This document shows, one piece after another, positions 1-9,048 of a stretch of 64,000 nt of DNA. Location: the IMG/VR virus record IMGVR_UViG_3300022867_000010. One strand, written 5' to 3'. The translations under genes and the position numbers were made by a program. The notes beneath the pieces are model-generated. The model saw nothing but the letters and a program-made list of their open reading frames with translations, was not told where the DNA came from and did no database searches. Source of the stretch: an uncultured virus (IMG/VR IMGVR_UViG_3300022867_000010) (taxonomy: Duplodnaviria; Heunggongvirae; Uroviricota; Caudoviricetes). Position 1 is the stretch's first letter. The number at the start of each line of letters is the position of its first letter.

Positions 1-341
1 TGCTTTTTATTAGGGTTAATGTCAAGGTGGATTTCACATTCAAAGTTTTCTAATTCTTCTGCTAATTCCATATACAAACCAACGACCTTATACGACTCAT
101 TCATAAGACGCATTCTAGGTTTTGCTTTGTTTGGGTCATAATCCCGTTCAGTATCGCTGTAACCAAATACTCTACAACCATGGCGGCCGCTAAGATGAAT
201 TACCACCACGGTAGTATATCTGGCATACCACGTATTGCCTTTCTTATACTTAACGGAGTCACAACCTAAATAGATCTTTGAGTCGTCCTCTACTGTGGTA
301 AGGAATTCTTTAATTTCTTCAATTTCAATCTGATTAAACAT
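1..341 (-). CDS. RNase H-like YkuK/DUF458 family protein (runs off the window start)
   Basis: Not in the ORF track. My translation from ATG at 341: MFNQIEIEEIKEFLTTVEDDSKIYLGCDS...TTVVVIHLSGRHGCRVF...RMRLMNE...EIHLDINPNKK. The IYLGCDS and EIHLDIN motifs match the YkuK family. Confidence 0.7.
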   Translation of the reverse strand, partial: MFNQIEIEEIKEFLTTVEDDSKIYLGCDSVKYKKGNTWYARYTTVVVIHLSGRHGCRVFGYSDTERDYDPNKAKPRMRLMNESYKVVGLYMELAEELENFECEIHLDINPNKK

Positions 342-344
342 TAT

Positions 345-1406
345 TTAAACTACCTCTAAATTTAAAGCCTCAATGTAGACTTCTTGCATCAATTGCTTGA
401 TTCTTTCTTTATTCAAATCCGTTTCTACATTCATCACGTAACCATCCAATAACTCCGTGGTATCTTCTACCGTAATGTTATTGTCTGAGGTGTTCATCCC
501 TGCAAATTCATCGAACGATTCCGCGATCTTTAGATCATGGACGCCCACATCATTAATCCTATCAACAAACTTATCAAAAGAGTAAGGGTCGGATTTATGT
601 ACAACCACGATCTTTATAAATTTGTCTGTGAACTTTTGCACATCAACTGTGCTATAGTCGGTGGTCTTATCATCATATATTATCTTCTCAAATAGAGTCA
701 CCGAATTATGTACTGGACTCATGATTCGAGTATCTGTATCAAATATATGGAAATACTTAGGATCATGAGCATCAGCCCATGTAAATTCAAGTTGTGACCC
801 AAGATATGTTATATTGCCCTGAGAAGACTTTGTATGAAAGTGCCCAGACCACACCTGTTCAAAGCGCTTGAATGCCTCCATACCCATACCATGCTGGTTT
901 TTAATACCTTTCATCATATCAAAACCCACCAACTCTAGGTGTGCTCCAAGAAAGTCTGCTTTACAGTTCTGCACAAAGTTCATGCTTTCTTTATAGTTAT
1001 AGTTATTAATCCACGGCAACAGGGCAATATTGCAACCGTCATAGTTCATAACCCGTGGCTCCATTACTATATTTATCTCGTTCATGTAATGACCTAGCAA
1101 CTCTTTTAGTGAACAAAGATCGTTGTCATTCTTATAAAAAACATCATGATTCCCAGGTATGATATCCATAGTGATACCAAACTTCTTTAGGTTGTCTAGA
1201 AAGTGCTTACGATTTTCGTGAAGTGCTTTAAAGTTTATAAACTTTCGGTGGTCGTAATAGTCACCCAGATGAATAATTGTAGTGATGCCATGTTTAACTA
1301 AATAAGGAAAAAACACATTCTCATAAAAGTCGGCCTGATACCTAATAAAGATCTCAGACGAGTTTCGTATACCACAATGAGTATCATTTAAAAATGCAAT
1401 TTTCAT
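345..1406 (-). CDS. 47: Recombination endonuclease subunit, Mre11/SbcD-like (T4 gp47)
   Basis: Metallophosphoesterase motifs DTH, LGDYYD, GNHD, GHFH; lies downstream of gp55. Confidence 0.95.
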   Translation of the reverse strand: MKIAFLNDTHCGIRNSSEIFIRYQADFYENVFFPYLVKHGITTIIHLGDYYDHRKFINFKALHENRKHFLDNLKKFGITMDIIPGNHDVFYKNDNDLCSLKELLGHYMNEINIVMEPRVMNYDGCNIALLPWINNYNYKESMNFVQNCKADFLGAHLELVGFDMMKGIKNQHGMGMEAFKRFEQVWSGHFHTKSSQGNITYLGSQLEFTWADAHDPKYFHIFDTDTRIMSPVHNSVTLFEKIIYDDKTTDYSTVDVQKFTDKFIKIVVVHKSDPYSFDKFVDRINDVGVHDLKIAESFDEFAGMNTSDNNITVEDTTELLDGYVMNVETDLNKERIKQLMQEVYIEALNLEVV

Positions 1407-1639
1407 GATAGATCTTTACTTTCAGGCCAGTTTCTGAGTCCTTTGCTTTTCAATTCAAGATCAGTCATTATCTTAATAACATAATCTGACGCGTTATTAA
1501 GATTTAGTCGAATTGAATATTCATCAACATTGTGGCCAAATGGCTGGTCATTTCTTACTAGCATTTCAAATGCTTCTGTATATCTATTAGAAGATAATAG
1601 ATATGTTTTGTATTTTGCCTTCATAAAAATGTTGCTCAA
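1403..1639 (-). CDS. Hypothetical protein
   Basis: 78-aa ORF overlapping the gp47 start (ATGA). Confidence 0.5.
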   Translation of the reverse strand: MSNIFMKAKYKTYLLSSNRYTEAFEMLVRNDQPFGHNVDEYSIRLNLNNASDYVIKIMTDLELKSKGLRNWPESKDLS

Positions 1640-1650
1640 ATTAAAGTTTG

Positions 1651-1818
1651 TTAGTTATCATTGTCGCTAATATCCCAATCCTGTCGTTCCGAATCCATTC
1701 GAGAATCATTAAATGCCGTCATATATTTTGTAGATACCAATTCAGTTTTTACTGCTGAATCTGATTTTACTACCACAACCTCTTGAAGTTTTACGTTATC
1801 TTCGGGTGTATAAAACAT
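1651..1818 (-). CDS. Small hypothetical protein (55 aa)
   Basis: My translation MFYTPEDNVKLQEVVVV...DWDISDNDN; fills the gap directly after gp55. Confidence 0.45.
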   Translation of the reverse strand: MFYTPEDNVKLQEVVVVKSDSAVKTELVSTKYMTAFNDSRMDSERQDWDISDNDN

Positions 1819-1822
1819 ATTT

Positions 1823-2419
1823 CTACCTATTGAATGTGAATAATTCCAACCCTTCTTTTTTAGCTTTTTGTGCTTTCTTCTCAGCTTTTATCTTTTTCTT
1901 GGTAAACCCATCGTCTTCCTTTACTCTTTGAATTCGTGATCTTAAATCATCGACAAAGGTATGATCAATGCTACTTAAATGGTTTAGTTCTTCATCATTT
2001 AGATACATAAAATCATCGTAACCAGATCTTTCTATGAATTTAAATTTAATATCTTGTTGCTTCTTCTCCTTTGCTATTCGACGCAAAAATGCAAAATAGC
2101 TAATTTGAGTAAAGTACGAAAAGGCATTTGGATTACCCGTTCGAGTTGCTGCTTCAATGTTATAGTTAACTATGGCTCGTAAGTTGTTTTCTACTGCATC
2201 CATTACCATCTCATCTCGATATGTATATCTAATGAAGTTTGATTTGTAGGACAACCCTTCTGCTATTTTTAGAAAGCATCTGGCAATATATTCTGGAACA
2301 ACTGGCACCACGGTTTCATTTTCTTTGGCCGTGTTTGCAATCTTAACATAATCACAAACTGCTTGTGAGAAGTTTTTATTGTTCACGTAATGCGGTTTAT
2401 CTTTAGGTTTAATCTTCAT
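1823..2419 (-). CDS. 55: Late-transcription sigma factor (gp55)
   Basis: HYVNNK, IAEGLS..NF..YTYRDEMVMDA, NAFSYFTQI..AFLRRI.KEKKQ motifs. Confidence 0.95.
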   Translation of the reverse strand: MKIKPKDKPHYVNNKNFSQAVCDYVKIANTAKENETVVPVVPEYIARCFLKIAEGLSYKSNFIRYTYRDEMVMDAVENNLRAIVNYNIEAATRTGNPNAFSYFTQISYFAFLRRIAKEKKQQDIKFKFIERSGYDDFMYLNDEELNHLSSIDHTFVDDLRSRIQRVKEDDGFTKKKIKAEKKAQKAKKEGLELFTFNR

Positions 2420-2440
2420 TGTTTGTTTCCTTTATAATGT

Positions 2441-2469
2441 ATTATACACCATCTTGGCGTATTTGTCAA
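2441..2469 (-). promoter_or_regulatory. sigma70-type promoter for gp55
   Basis: TTGACA-17 nt-TATAAT on the minus strand, followed by an AAGGA SD and the gp55 ATG. Confidence 0.85.
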
Positions 2470-2501
2470 TAACTATTTAATATTAAACTTATTCACAAAA
2501 T

Positions 2502-2570
2502 GGTTGACAAACTTGTGTAGTTGTGTTATAATAACTAAGTCGTGCCGGGGCAGGTTGGTGTACACTAAAT
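2502..2570 (+). promoter_or_regulatory. Orphan sigma70 promoter plus conserved motif, copy 1
   Basis: TTGACA(2504)-17-TATAAT(2532), then AACTAAGTCGTGCCGGGGCAGGTTGGT; second copy near 53086-53154 on the minus strand. Confidence 0.8.
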
Positions 2571-2572
2571 AT

Positions 2573-2929
2573 CTAATGTAAGGTCAACCCTTCGGGATTG
2601 CCCTCCTGCGGTTCTTCTTCCTGCAAGGCATCCTTTAATTCCTGTCCTACGATTTTACTTAATGCATCCACGTAAAAGTTACACATTTCTGCATTAGGCT
2701 CTGCTATAACAATTCCAGTCTTCATAATTGTCACGGTGTTGTTCTCTGCAAAGTTCATGAAGTCCTTCATATAATAAGTATACTTATCTTCTTCTGAATT
2801 GCTTTTAACTACTTCAAGACTGTCTTGCATTTCAATATAGACATCATTTTGGAATGTAACATTACCTACAATAAACTCTCCAGTGGCAAGTTTTATATAC
2901 AATAATTGTACTTCATTTATAGCTCTCAT
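2573..2929 (-). CDS. Conserved hypothetical protein, possibly Sm-like fold
   Basis: IKLATGEFIVG start; sits between uvsW and gp55 as in marine T4-like phages. Confidence 0.6.
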   Translation of the reverse strand: MRAINEVQLLYIKLATGEFIVGNVTFQNDVYIEMQDSLEVVKSNSEEDKYTYYMKDFMNFAENNTVTIMKTGIVIAEPNAEMCNFYVDALSKIVGQELKDALQEEEPQEGNPEGLTLH

Positions 2930-3840
2930 TTTAAAGGTACCTCATAAACTTTATAATCAAATTCTTGTTGACTGTATATCTTAATTCTTTCTGCTGCATG
3001 ATTTAATGCATAATTTTTATGTGATTTCCAATGCAAGTCGTCTGCAATGTCATACACGGTTGTAATTCTTCCATCATCAGATTTTCTCAAACCACGTCCT
3101 ATCGATTGTAAAATCTTAATTTGGCTCTTCGACGGAGATGCAAAGACAATATTGTGTAGGTTCCTAATATTTATACCTGTAGAAAATACACCTAAACTAG
3201 CAACAATAATCGCATTCTTTTGTGTTTCAGTTAGTTTCCGTACATACTCTCTGGTATCGGCATCAGTCTTACCAGACACATAAAAGATCTTTCTTCTTTC
3301 GTGAGCATGCTTTTCTATAAGAGCATGTAGTGGTATACCATGCTTTTCCACAAACTGAAACAAGATTAAAGTATTACCATCTAGATCAAGAGCAAGATTT
3401 TTGATAAAGTTGTTACGTTTTTCGTGCCGAACAATAAAATCAATCTCGTCAGGATACTTCATCTTCTTAACTAACTTACATTCTTCATCTCTAAACTTCA
3501 ACAATAGAATGTTAATATTCAGGCCAGCGAGAGTTCCATCATCAATAAGTTTCTTGGTTGTTGTCACGTAATGTGCTTTACCAAAGTGACCTTCAAGCTG
3601 CAATCTATGGCTCTTTGCAGAGCTGTCTTTGATAGTACCGGTAGTGCCAAATCTATATGCTGCTTCTGATAAGTTGGACATAATAGAGGTCAGAGACTTT
3701 GCTGTAGCGAGGTGCGCTTCATCCACTACGACACAACCATACCTTTCAAACCAACTCTTATTGAGCTTGTATATAGACTGCCATGTTGATATTACAATTC
3801 TGGGTGTTGTAGTTTTTCTAGTTATTTTTTTTATTTTCAT
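2926..3840 (-). CDS. uvsW: UvsW helicase, C-terminal part (split gene)
   Basis: IVISTWQS, DEAH, GTTGT, STGINI, QSIGRGLR SF2 motifs; preceded by a 13-aa non-helicase leader MKIKKITRKTTTP. Confidence 0.92.
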   Translation of the reverse strand: MKIKKITRKTTTPRIVISTWQSIYKLNKSWFERYGCVVVDEAHLATAKSLTSIMSNLSEAAYRFGTTGTIKDSSAKSHRLQLEGHFGKAHYVTTTKKLIDDGTLAGLNINILLLKFRDEECKLVKKMKYPDEIDFIVRHEKRNNFIKNLALDLDGNTLILFQFVEKHGIPLHALIEKHAHERRKIFYVSGKTDADTREYVRKLTETQKNAIIVASLGVFSTGINIRNLHNIVFASPSKSQIKILQSIGRGLRKSDDGRITTVYDIADDLHWKSHKNYALNHAAERIKIYSQQEFDYKVYEVPLK

Positions 3841-4666
3841 GATATGATCTTATATGTTTAGGGATGCAATGTGCCGCCATAGCTCTATCACAATATTCAC
3901 ATTTGATTTTGGGTTTTGATCGACCCTTCGCTTTAGTTGTAGTACCCTTATTGTGACCTTGTTGGATCCAATCATCTCCGGGCTTTTCGTTTGCTTGAGT
4001 ACGTTCATAGGTTACAGTATTATACCAACACTTTCTACCTTTCATATCAGGCATAGAATCAAGTTTTTTCTGAACAAAAACAGGATTTTGCATAGGATTG
4101 TTAGTATTCCACACATTCGTTTTATTTTTAGTACGAGTTTCTATAGACTTCTTATGAGTTTCCTCATCATTGAAGGGACTGTGCTCTTTCATAAACTCGC
4201 GTTGATTTTCTCTTTTCCCCGAATTCCATTCAGCAACCATCATCTCAGATTGAGTGATGGCGTCCCTTCGCCCATCTTTGTAACTAGCTTTCATATCTTC
4301 GGACATCATGGCTGCAAGGTCTCTTTTTAGACTTTCGTATACCCTATTGGTTACACGACTTTCTGTGTTATTTGATTTCATAGACATTGCTGTATATGCC
4401 CTTAACATAGAATATCGACCTTTGTCCGTTATAAATTTAGGCAACAGCACGTGTGCTAAATAATGTTCCCTTGCTGTTAATCTTACCATATTATTTTTTG
4501 CATTACAACCACCAAGAGATTTAGGTAATATGTGATGGTTTTCGGTGTAATTGTCTCTATCTACAGGATTAGCTAACCGGTTAGCTATTATATTACAATA
4601 CCAATTATAATATTTGTTTATGTTCTTGCCCTTGTAGCCATTTATCGTCAATTTCGTGAGATTCAT
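3818..4666 (-). mobile_element. MobE-like HNH homing endonuclease inserted within uvsW
   Basis: YTENHHILPKSLGG..N.V.LTAREHYLAHVLL HNH motif; C-terminal CxxC..H zinc finger; overlaps both uvsW halves. Confidence 0.9.
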
Positions 4667-5417
4667 TTAGTTCGTCTGCTCTTATTTTACATTTCTTATT
4701 GTTATTTATAATATCTATAAACGCATTGCCTAAAAATCTATACAATTTACCATCAATCGTCTCTATTTCTATGTATACTTTTGTGGGTGGTACCTTATCT
4801 TGCCCCGAGTATATAATATGGCAAAGATCATCAGACATAAACCCGTCGTCAAATTCTGAATAATCCGCGAAGTCACTATTCATTTGTTTTACAAGTGAGG
4901 TTGTTGGCACTACAATTAGTATATCTTTTTCGTTGTTGTCAAGATAATAACGAAGTATAGAATATATAATAAAAGATTTGCCAGACGCAGTTGGAGATAT
5001 AACCAAAGAGTTTCTATTCTCTAGGCAATGCTCTACCGCGGCTAATTGATAGTCGTGATGCTTTATAGGTGCGCCGCGAGAAGTAAAAGTGCAGTCATTG
5101 ATCCATTCCATATCATAAGAGTGTAGAGTCCCAGGCATGCCATAATAGTTATTGTGCTCTACTTCGATCTTGTAATCTCGAGTTTTGGCAAATTCTTCAA
5201 CATAAGTATAGAGCCCAATAGGCAGCTGTCTATCTCTCGAGTTAAAAATGCGAATGTAGCCGTCCCATTGCTTGTTCTTATATGAGGGCATGAACTGATA
5301 TCCCTCAGGTTGAAAAGCAAAGAAGTCAGTTAACTCATTGAGTATAGAAGGCTCGGCATCAACATGCAAAAACGCTTGGTTCTTCTTTTTTAAGGTTATT
5401 GTATTCCATTCTTTCAT
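4605..5417 (-). CDS. uvsW: UvsW helicase, N-terminal part (split gene)
   Basis: GYQFMPSYK..WDG.IR, DYQ, SPTASGKS (Walker A), IVVPTTSLV.QM..DF; about 62-aa non-helicase tail after GQDK. Start taken at MKEW, just after the uvsY stop. Confidence 0.92.
   Translation of the reverse strand: MKEWNTITLKKKNQAFLHVDAEPSILNELTDFFAFQPEGYQFMPSYKNKQWDGYIRIFNSRDRQLPIGLYTYVEEFAKTRDYKIEVEHNNYYGMPGTLHSYDMEWINDCTFTSRGAPIKHHDYQLAAVEHCLENRNSLVISPTASGKSFIIYSILRYYLDNNEKDILIVVPTTSLVKQMNSDFADYSEFDDGFMSDDLCHIIYSGQDKVPPTKVYIEIETIDGKLYRFLGNAFIDIINNNKKCKIRADELNESHEIDDKWLQGQEHKQIL
4703..4710 (-). promoter_or_regulatory. T4 late promoter for the HNH gene, inside the uvsW-N tail
   Basis: TATAAATA about 37 nt upstream of the HNH ATG. 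Confidence 0.6.
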
Positions 5418-5418
5418 A

Positions 5419-5865
5419 TCACATCCCACTTGTAAATTGACGCCATTTTATAGCATTGCCGATAGTTTGGTGTCTCCATTTTATCGACTCCATTATCTCT
5501 TTCAGTACATCTACCACGTTTTTGGTGTATTCGATTCTTGCTAGTGCTGATTGTATGTGTTCATCCGCATCATAAAAATAATGCATCTCACCTTTCATGA
5601 TCTTTAAACCTTGGAGTGCATCGTAATCCCAGCCCAGCTTATCTATTGCATCTTTGGACATTTTGCCATTATACCATAGATATTTATTTTTTAGGAGTAC
5701 TTGTAGTTCTGCTTCGCGCTTTTTGAGAGTAAGTCTATACATCGACCAGATCTCTATATATTTTGAATGAAGCTTAGCACCTTGGATAGATGCTGCGTCT
5801 AGATTCATCTCGTCGATGGGAGAATCGACTTTCCACATAGCATAGATTGCTTCTAATGTTATCAT
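5419..5865 (-). CDS. uvsY: Recombination mediator UvsY
   Basis: W..DS.ID, LHSKY, I.NAI.WR.F..G; adjacent to uvsW. Confidence 0.9.
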   Translation of the reverse strand: MITLEAIYAMWKVDSPIDEMNLDAASIQGAKLHSKYIEIWSMYRLTLKKREAELQVLLKNKYLWYNGKMSKDAIDKLGWDYDALQGLKIMKGEMHYFYDADEHIQSALARIEYTKNVVDVLKEIMESIKWRHQTIGNAIKWRQFTSGM

Positions 5866-5899
5866 TATAAAGAGCCTTCATATAATTAGTTTACATATG

Positions 5900-5907
5900 T
5901 ATTTATA
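5900..5907 (-). promoter_or_regulatory. T4 late promoter (uvsY/uvsW)
   Basis: TATAAATA upstream of uvsY. Confidence 0.75.
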
Positions 5908-5910
5908 CAG

Positions 5911-6420
5911 CTATAATATCTTGTAGTAGCTGTAATTAAACGTGACGTTTGCAGTCATATATTCAACGTCAGATGCAGTTGCATCAAAAGCAACGGCAGA
6001 TAAATCTACTGGAAAAGCATCAATAAACTGTATTTGCTTATTAACATTATTTGATGAAGACAATATTGATAATGTCATATCTCGGGTTTTCTTTATGTTG
6101 TCACTTTCAACAACCTGTGCCAGAATCCAATCATGTATTTCTTGATAGTTAATTAGATTCTCGTCAATAAGAAACGTGCAGTCAAATGGACTGTAATCAA
6201 TCTTATCACCATGAAAGCCTAGTTGTCTTACAGGTGTTGCAAAGTTAGCGGGTGGTAGAGAAATAGTGGGCAATGTTGCATTTTGAATAAGAAACTGAGA
6301 GTTCTTAAATTTAAGATTGTCTATAAGTAAATGAAATCCCGTAGGCGACAAATAGGAAACGTCTTCCATCATAGAAACTTCGTCTGATGAAGATATGTTG
6401 GTTTTAATATTATACGGCAT
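5911..6420 (-). CDS. 3: Tail tube terminator / sheath stabiliser (gp3)
   Basis: YLSPTGF, FLIDENL.NY.EIHDWI, F.DAFP..LS...F; follows gp23. Confidence 0.85.
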   Translation of the reverse strand: MPYNIKTNISSSDEVSMMEDVSYLSPTGFHLLIDNLKFKNSQFLIQNATLPTISLPPANFATPVRQLGFHGDKIDYSPFDCTFLIDENLINYQEIHDWILAQVVESDNIKKTRDMTLSILSSSNNVNKQIQFIDAFPVDLSAVAFDATASDVEYMTANVTFNYSYYKIL

Positions 6421-6447
6421 AACGTTCTCTATTTTCTTGTATGTTAC

Positions 6448-6455
6448 TATTTATA
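6448..6455 (-). promoter_or_regulatory. T4 late promoter (gp3)
   Basis: TATAAATA. Confidence 0.75.
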
Positions 6456-6475
6456 ACATCTTTATCGGCGCCCAT

Positions 6476-6505
6476 AAAAAAAGGGTCGCAGCAATAGCGA
6501 CCCTT
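6476..6505 (-). terminator. Rho-independent terminator after gp23
   Basis: AAGGGTCGC-TATTGCT-GCGACCCTT followed by a T run. Confidence 0.9.
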
Positions 6506-6534
6506 CCTATTATTTTCTAAAGATTAATCAGGGA

Positions 6535-7881
6535 CTAAGCAGTAGAATCAATGATACCATTAACTTTAACAATTCTGTAATAAGTGTTTGTACGAACCGC
6601 ACCTATTTCATTAGTACTGTCAACGAATGGGTTTGCTACCATACCATAGCGAGTTTTGAAACCAATTTTAGGTTGGAATGTATTTTCACCAACAGCACGA
6701 ACCATTGTTAAAGGAACATATGGGCAGTAGAAAAGACCTGCGTCATAAGCATTAGAACCTTTATAACCAATTGACATATAATCAACAGTGGCATATGGGT
6801 CAAGGATAACTTTCATGTTTCCGCCAATTGTTCCTACAACAGTAGGACCAGTAACGTCATCACCAACAGTTAGACCATTCAAAGGTGAAGAATAATCAAG
6901 AAGACCAGCAGCATTCAATGAAGCAGCGATATCAGATGAAACGATAACGAAGTTACCTTTTCCACGGCGAGTATCGATTGCAATTTTGTTTGCTTCACGT
7001 TGGATGTGCAACATAAGCATCTTGATTTTTTCAATTGCCCAACGACCGTCAGCATCTGTAGAAAGGTCGTAAATACCAGCAGTTGTTAAACCAGCTTGTT
7101 GAGCACCAAGAACAGCACGTGAGTTAACAGTACGAATTACTTCGCGGTTAACTTCAGCAAGAATTTCACCAGAAAGGATATTAGCCAATTCTGATTCAGC
7201 ATCAAGACCATGTACAGCTTTAAGATCTTGTGCAAGTTCCATTGTGTATTCAGCTTTAAGAGCACGTGACTTTGCAGTTACAGTAGTCTTATCGATACTG
7301 AAAGACATTTCAGCAAAATGACCTTCGTTTGATTCACCGCTACCTAGAGCTTCAGAAGCAGCAGTAGTCATTGCTTGACCAACGCCGAAAGCGTCATTTA
7401 CTGTGTCAGCAGGAGATGAGTCAGTTCCACCAAGTGAACTTGAATCAGCACCCATTGCAGAACCGGCACCGGTTAAATCACCAGCAGCGTTGTTTCCAGA
7501 GAAACCAGAGTTAGCTTCGCCAAATAATGCTTCAGCACCACTTTGAGAAGTGTAACGAGATTTCATTGCAAAGATAAGTCCAGTAGGACCAGACATTGGC
7601 TGAACGCCAGCAATATCATATGCAATCAAATTAGGCATTGCGCGACGAACAAGAGAGATCAGAATTGGATCCCAGTTTGCCATTGGGCTTGCGCCACCAG
7701 CAGTAGCATTCGCAGCTTCGTTAAGATAAGTGGATTGACCACGTTCTTCCATAAGAGCACGTTCAGTGTTCTCAAGAGCAACAGCAGTTACCGCGCGTTT
7801 TTGAGCATTACCAATAGTTTCAACGCCATCAGCGTCGAGCATTGGTGCCCATTTTTCTAAAATTTCTTTTTGGTTTAGCAT
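6535..7881 (-). CDS. 23: Major capsid protein (gp23)
   Basis: LVRRAMPNLIAYD..GVQPM.GPTGLIFAM, KSRALKAEY..ELAQDLKA.HGLDAE, FQPKIGFKTRYG. Confidence 0.99.
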   Translation of the reverse strand: MLNQKEILEKWAPMLDADGVETIGNAQKRAVTAVALENTERALMEERGQSTYLNEAANATAGGASPMANWDPILISLVRRAMPNLIAYDIAGVQPMSGPTGLIFAMKSRYTSQSGAEALFGEANSGFSGNNAAGDLTGAGSAMGADSSSLGGTDSSPADTVNDAFGVGQAMTTAASEALGSGESNEGHFAEMSFSIDKTTVTAKSRALKAEYTMELAQDLKAVHGLDAESELANILSGEILAEVNREVIRTVNSRAVLGAQQAGLTTAGIYDLSTDADGRWAIEKIKMLMLHIQREANKIAIDTRRGKGNFVIVSSDIAASLNAAGLLDYSSPLNGLTVGDDVTGPTVVGTIGGNMKVILDPYATVDYMSIGYKGSNAYDAGLFYCPYVPLTMVRAVGENTFQPKIGFKTRYGMVANPFVDSTNEIGAVRTNTYYRIVKVNGIIDSTA

Positions 7882-7899
7882 TTTGTTAATAACTCCGAG

Positions 7900-8898
7900 T
7901 TATTTATTATTTAACGCAGCAATATACTGTGTCATTGAATTAGAAAGTGACTTAGTAACAGGGCCAGCTTCGTTTAATTCATCTTCATCAGCAGTAACTA
8001 CAGTGGTTTTAAAGTAAGATTCTTTTAAAGTGGTTACTTTTGTAGTAAAAGTTTCAGCACTTTCAAAATCAATATCTTCGACTAAAGTTTTTAGTTTTTC
8101 AATTTCCGATTCAGACAACCCAATTGAAGACTCACGAATGATTTGTTGCTTAACAAGTTTCGCATTTTCTTCTTTAAGTTTGATGTTACGCGCAACTTCT
8201 GTATTATAATCTTCTTCAAGACCTGCAGCTTTATTGCTAAGTTCATCAACAAGATCAACCTTGCTTTCTGGAACTTCGACATAATGCTCATCGAATACAG
8301 TTTTCAGTGAACTAATAAATGATTCCGCGATTTCGGTACGAATGCCTTTTTCTACTTCGATTGTGTTATCTTCCATCCATGTTTCAACAACATAGTTTAA
8401 ATAACCATCAACCTTTTCGACTAATGCTGATTGTATAGCATCAACTTCTTCGTTTAATTTTTCAGCATATTCTTCTTCTAAACGGTCAACAGTTTCATTG
8501 ATTTTAGATGTAAGAGCTGCTTCAAATATAACAGAAGCCTTGGCACGAAATGCTTCAGATAAAGTAGATTCGCCTTCAACTAATGCGTCAAGATCTTTTT
8601 TGAATACTTCTTCTTTCTTCAATTTCTTGGCTTTTAGTTTTGCAGCAGACGCCTTAACAGCAGCGGCAGTAGCAGCGGCAGCTTCTTCGCCGTCATCTTC
8701 TACAGATTCGTCAACGTCATCTTCGTCTTCTTCGTCTTCTTCACCTTCCTTGAAAGGTTTAGCTTTTTTCTTTCCGAAGTTGTCTAGATTTTCATCTTGC
8801 TCATCTTCGTCTTCTTCTTCTTCGGTTTCCTCATCAAACTCTTCAATGTCTTCAACGAGTTCATCTTGGAGGTCATGCGGGTTTTTGTACTTTTTCAT
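7900..8898 (-). CDS. 22: Prohead core scaffold (gp22)
   Basis: Acidic N-terminus, LSE.F..KA..IFEAA, VD.YL.YVVE.W; between gp21 and gp23. Confidence 0.92.
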   Translation of the reverse strand: MKKYKNPHDLQDELVEDIEEFDEETEEEEDEDEQDENLDNFGKKKAKPFKEGEEDEEDEDDVDESVEDDGEEAAAATAAAVKASAAKLKAKKLKKEEVFKKDLDALVEGESTLSEAFRAKASVIFEAALTSKINETVDRLEEEYAEKLNEEVDAIQSALVEKVDGYLNYVVETWMEDNTIEVEKGIRTEIAESFISSLKTVFDEHYVEVPESKVDLVDELSNKAAGLEEDYNTEVARNIKLKEENAKLVKQQIIRESSIGLSESEIEKLKTLVEDIDFESAETFTTKVTTLKESYFKTTVVTADEDELNEAGPVTKSLSNSMTQYIAALNNK

Positions 8899-9017
8899 AT
8901 GTACAGTGCTCCTAAAATGTTAAAGTATTGAGAGGAAATCACATGATGTAACTTCAGTCCCACTTAATCAAATAACCCATTATATAGTTAAAAACGATTA
9001 TTTCAAATCATTAATTA

Positions 9018-9047
9018 TATTTATACAAAAACGATCCTCTGGATCGA
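9018..9047 (-). promoter_or_regulatory. Terminator-like hairpin after gp21 followed by a late promoter for gp22
   Basis: CGATCC-AGA-GGATCG-TTTTT, then TATAAATA at 9018-9025. Confidence 0.65.
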
Positions 9048-9048
9048 A

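Noticed and set aside
3818..4666. Group I intron or intact intein interrupting uvsW
   Set aside because: The endonuclease ORF overlaps both halves, leaving no non-coding core, and I see no P7-like elements. It is in a different frame from the halves, and the splice residues (Cys/Ser1, terminal HN plus nucleophile) are missing.
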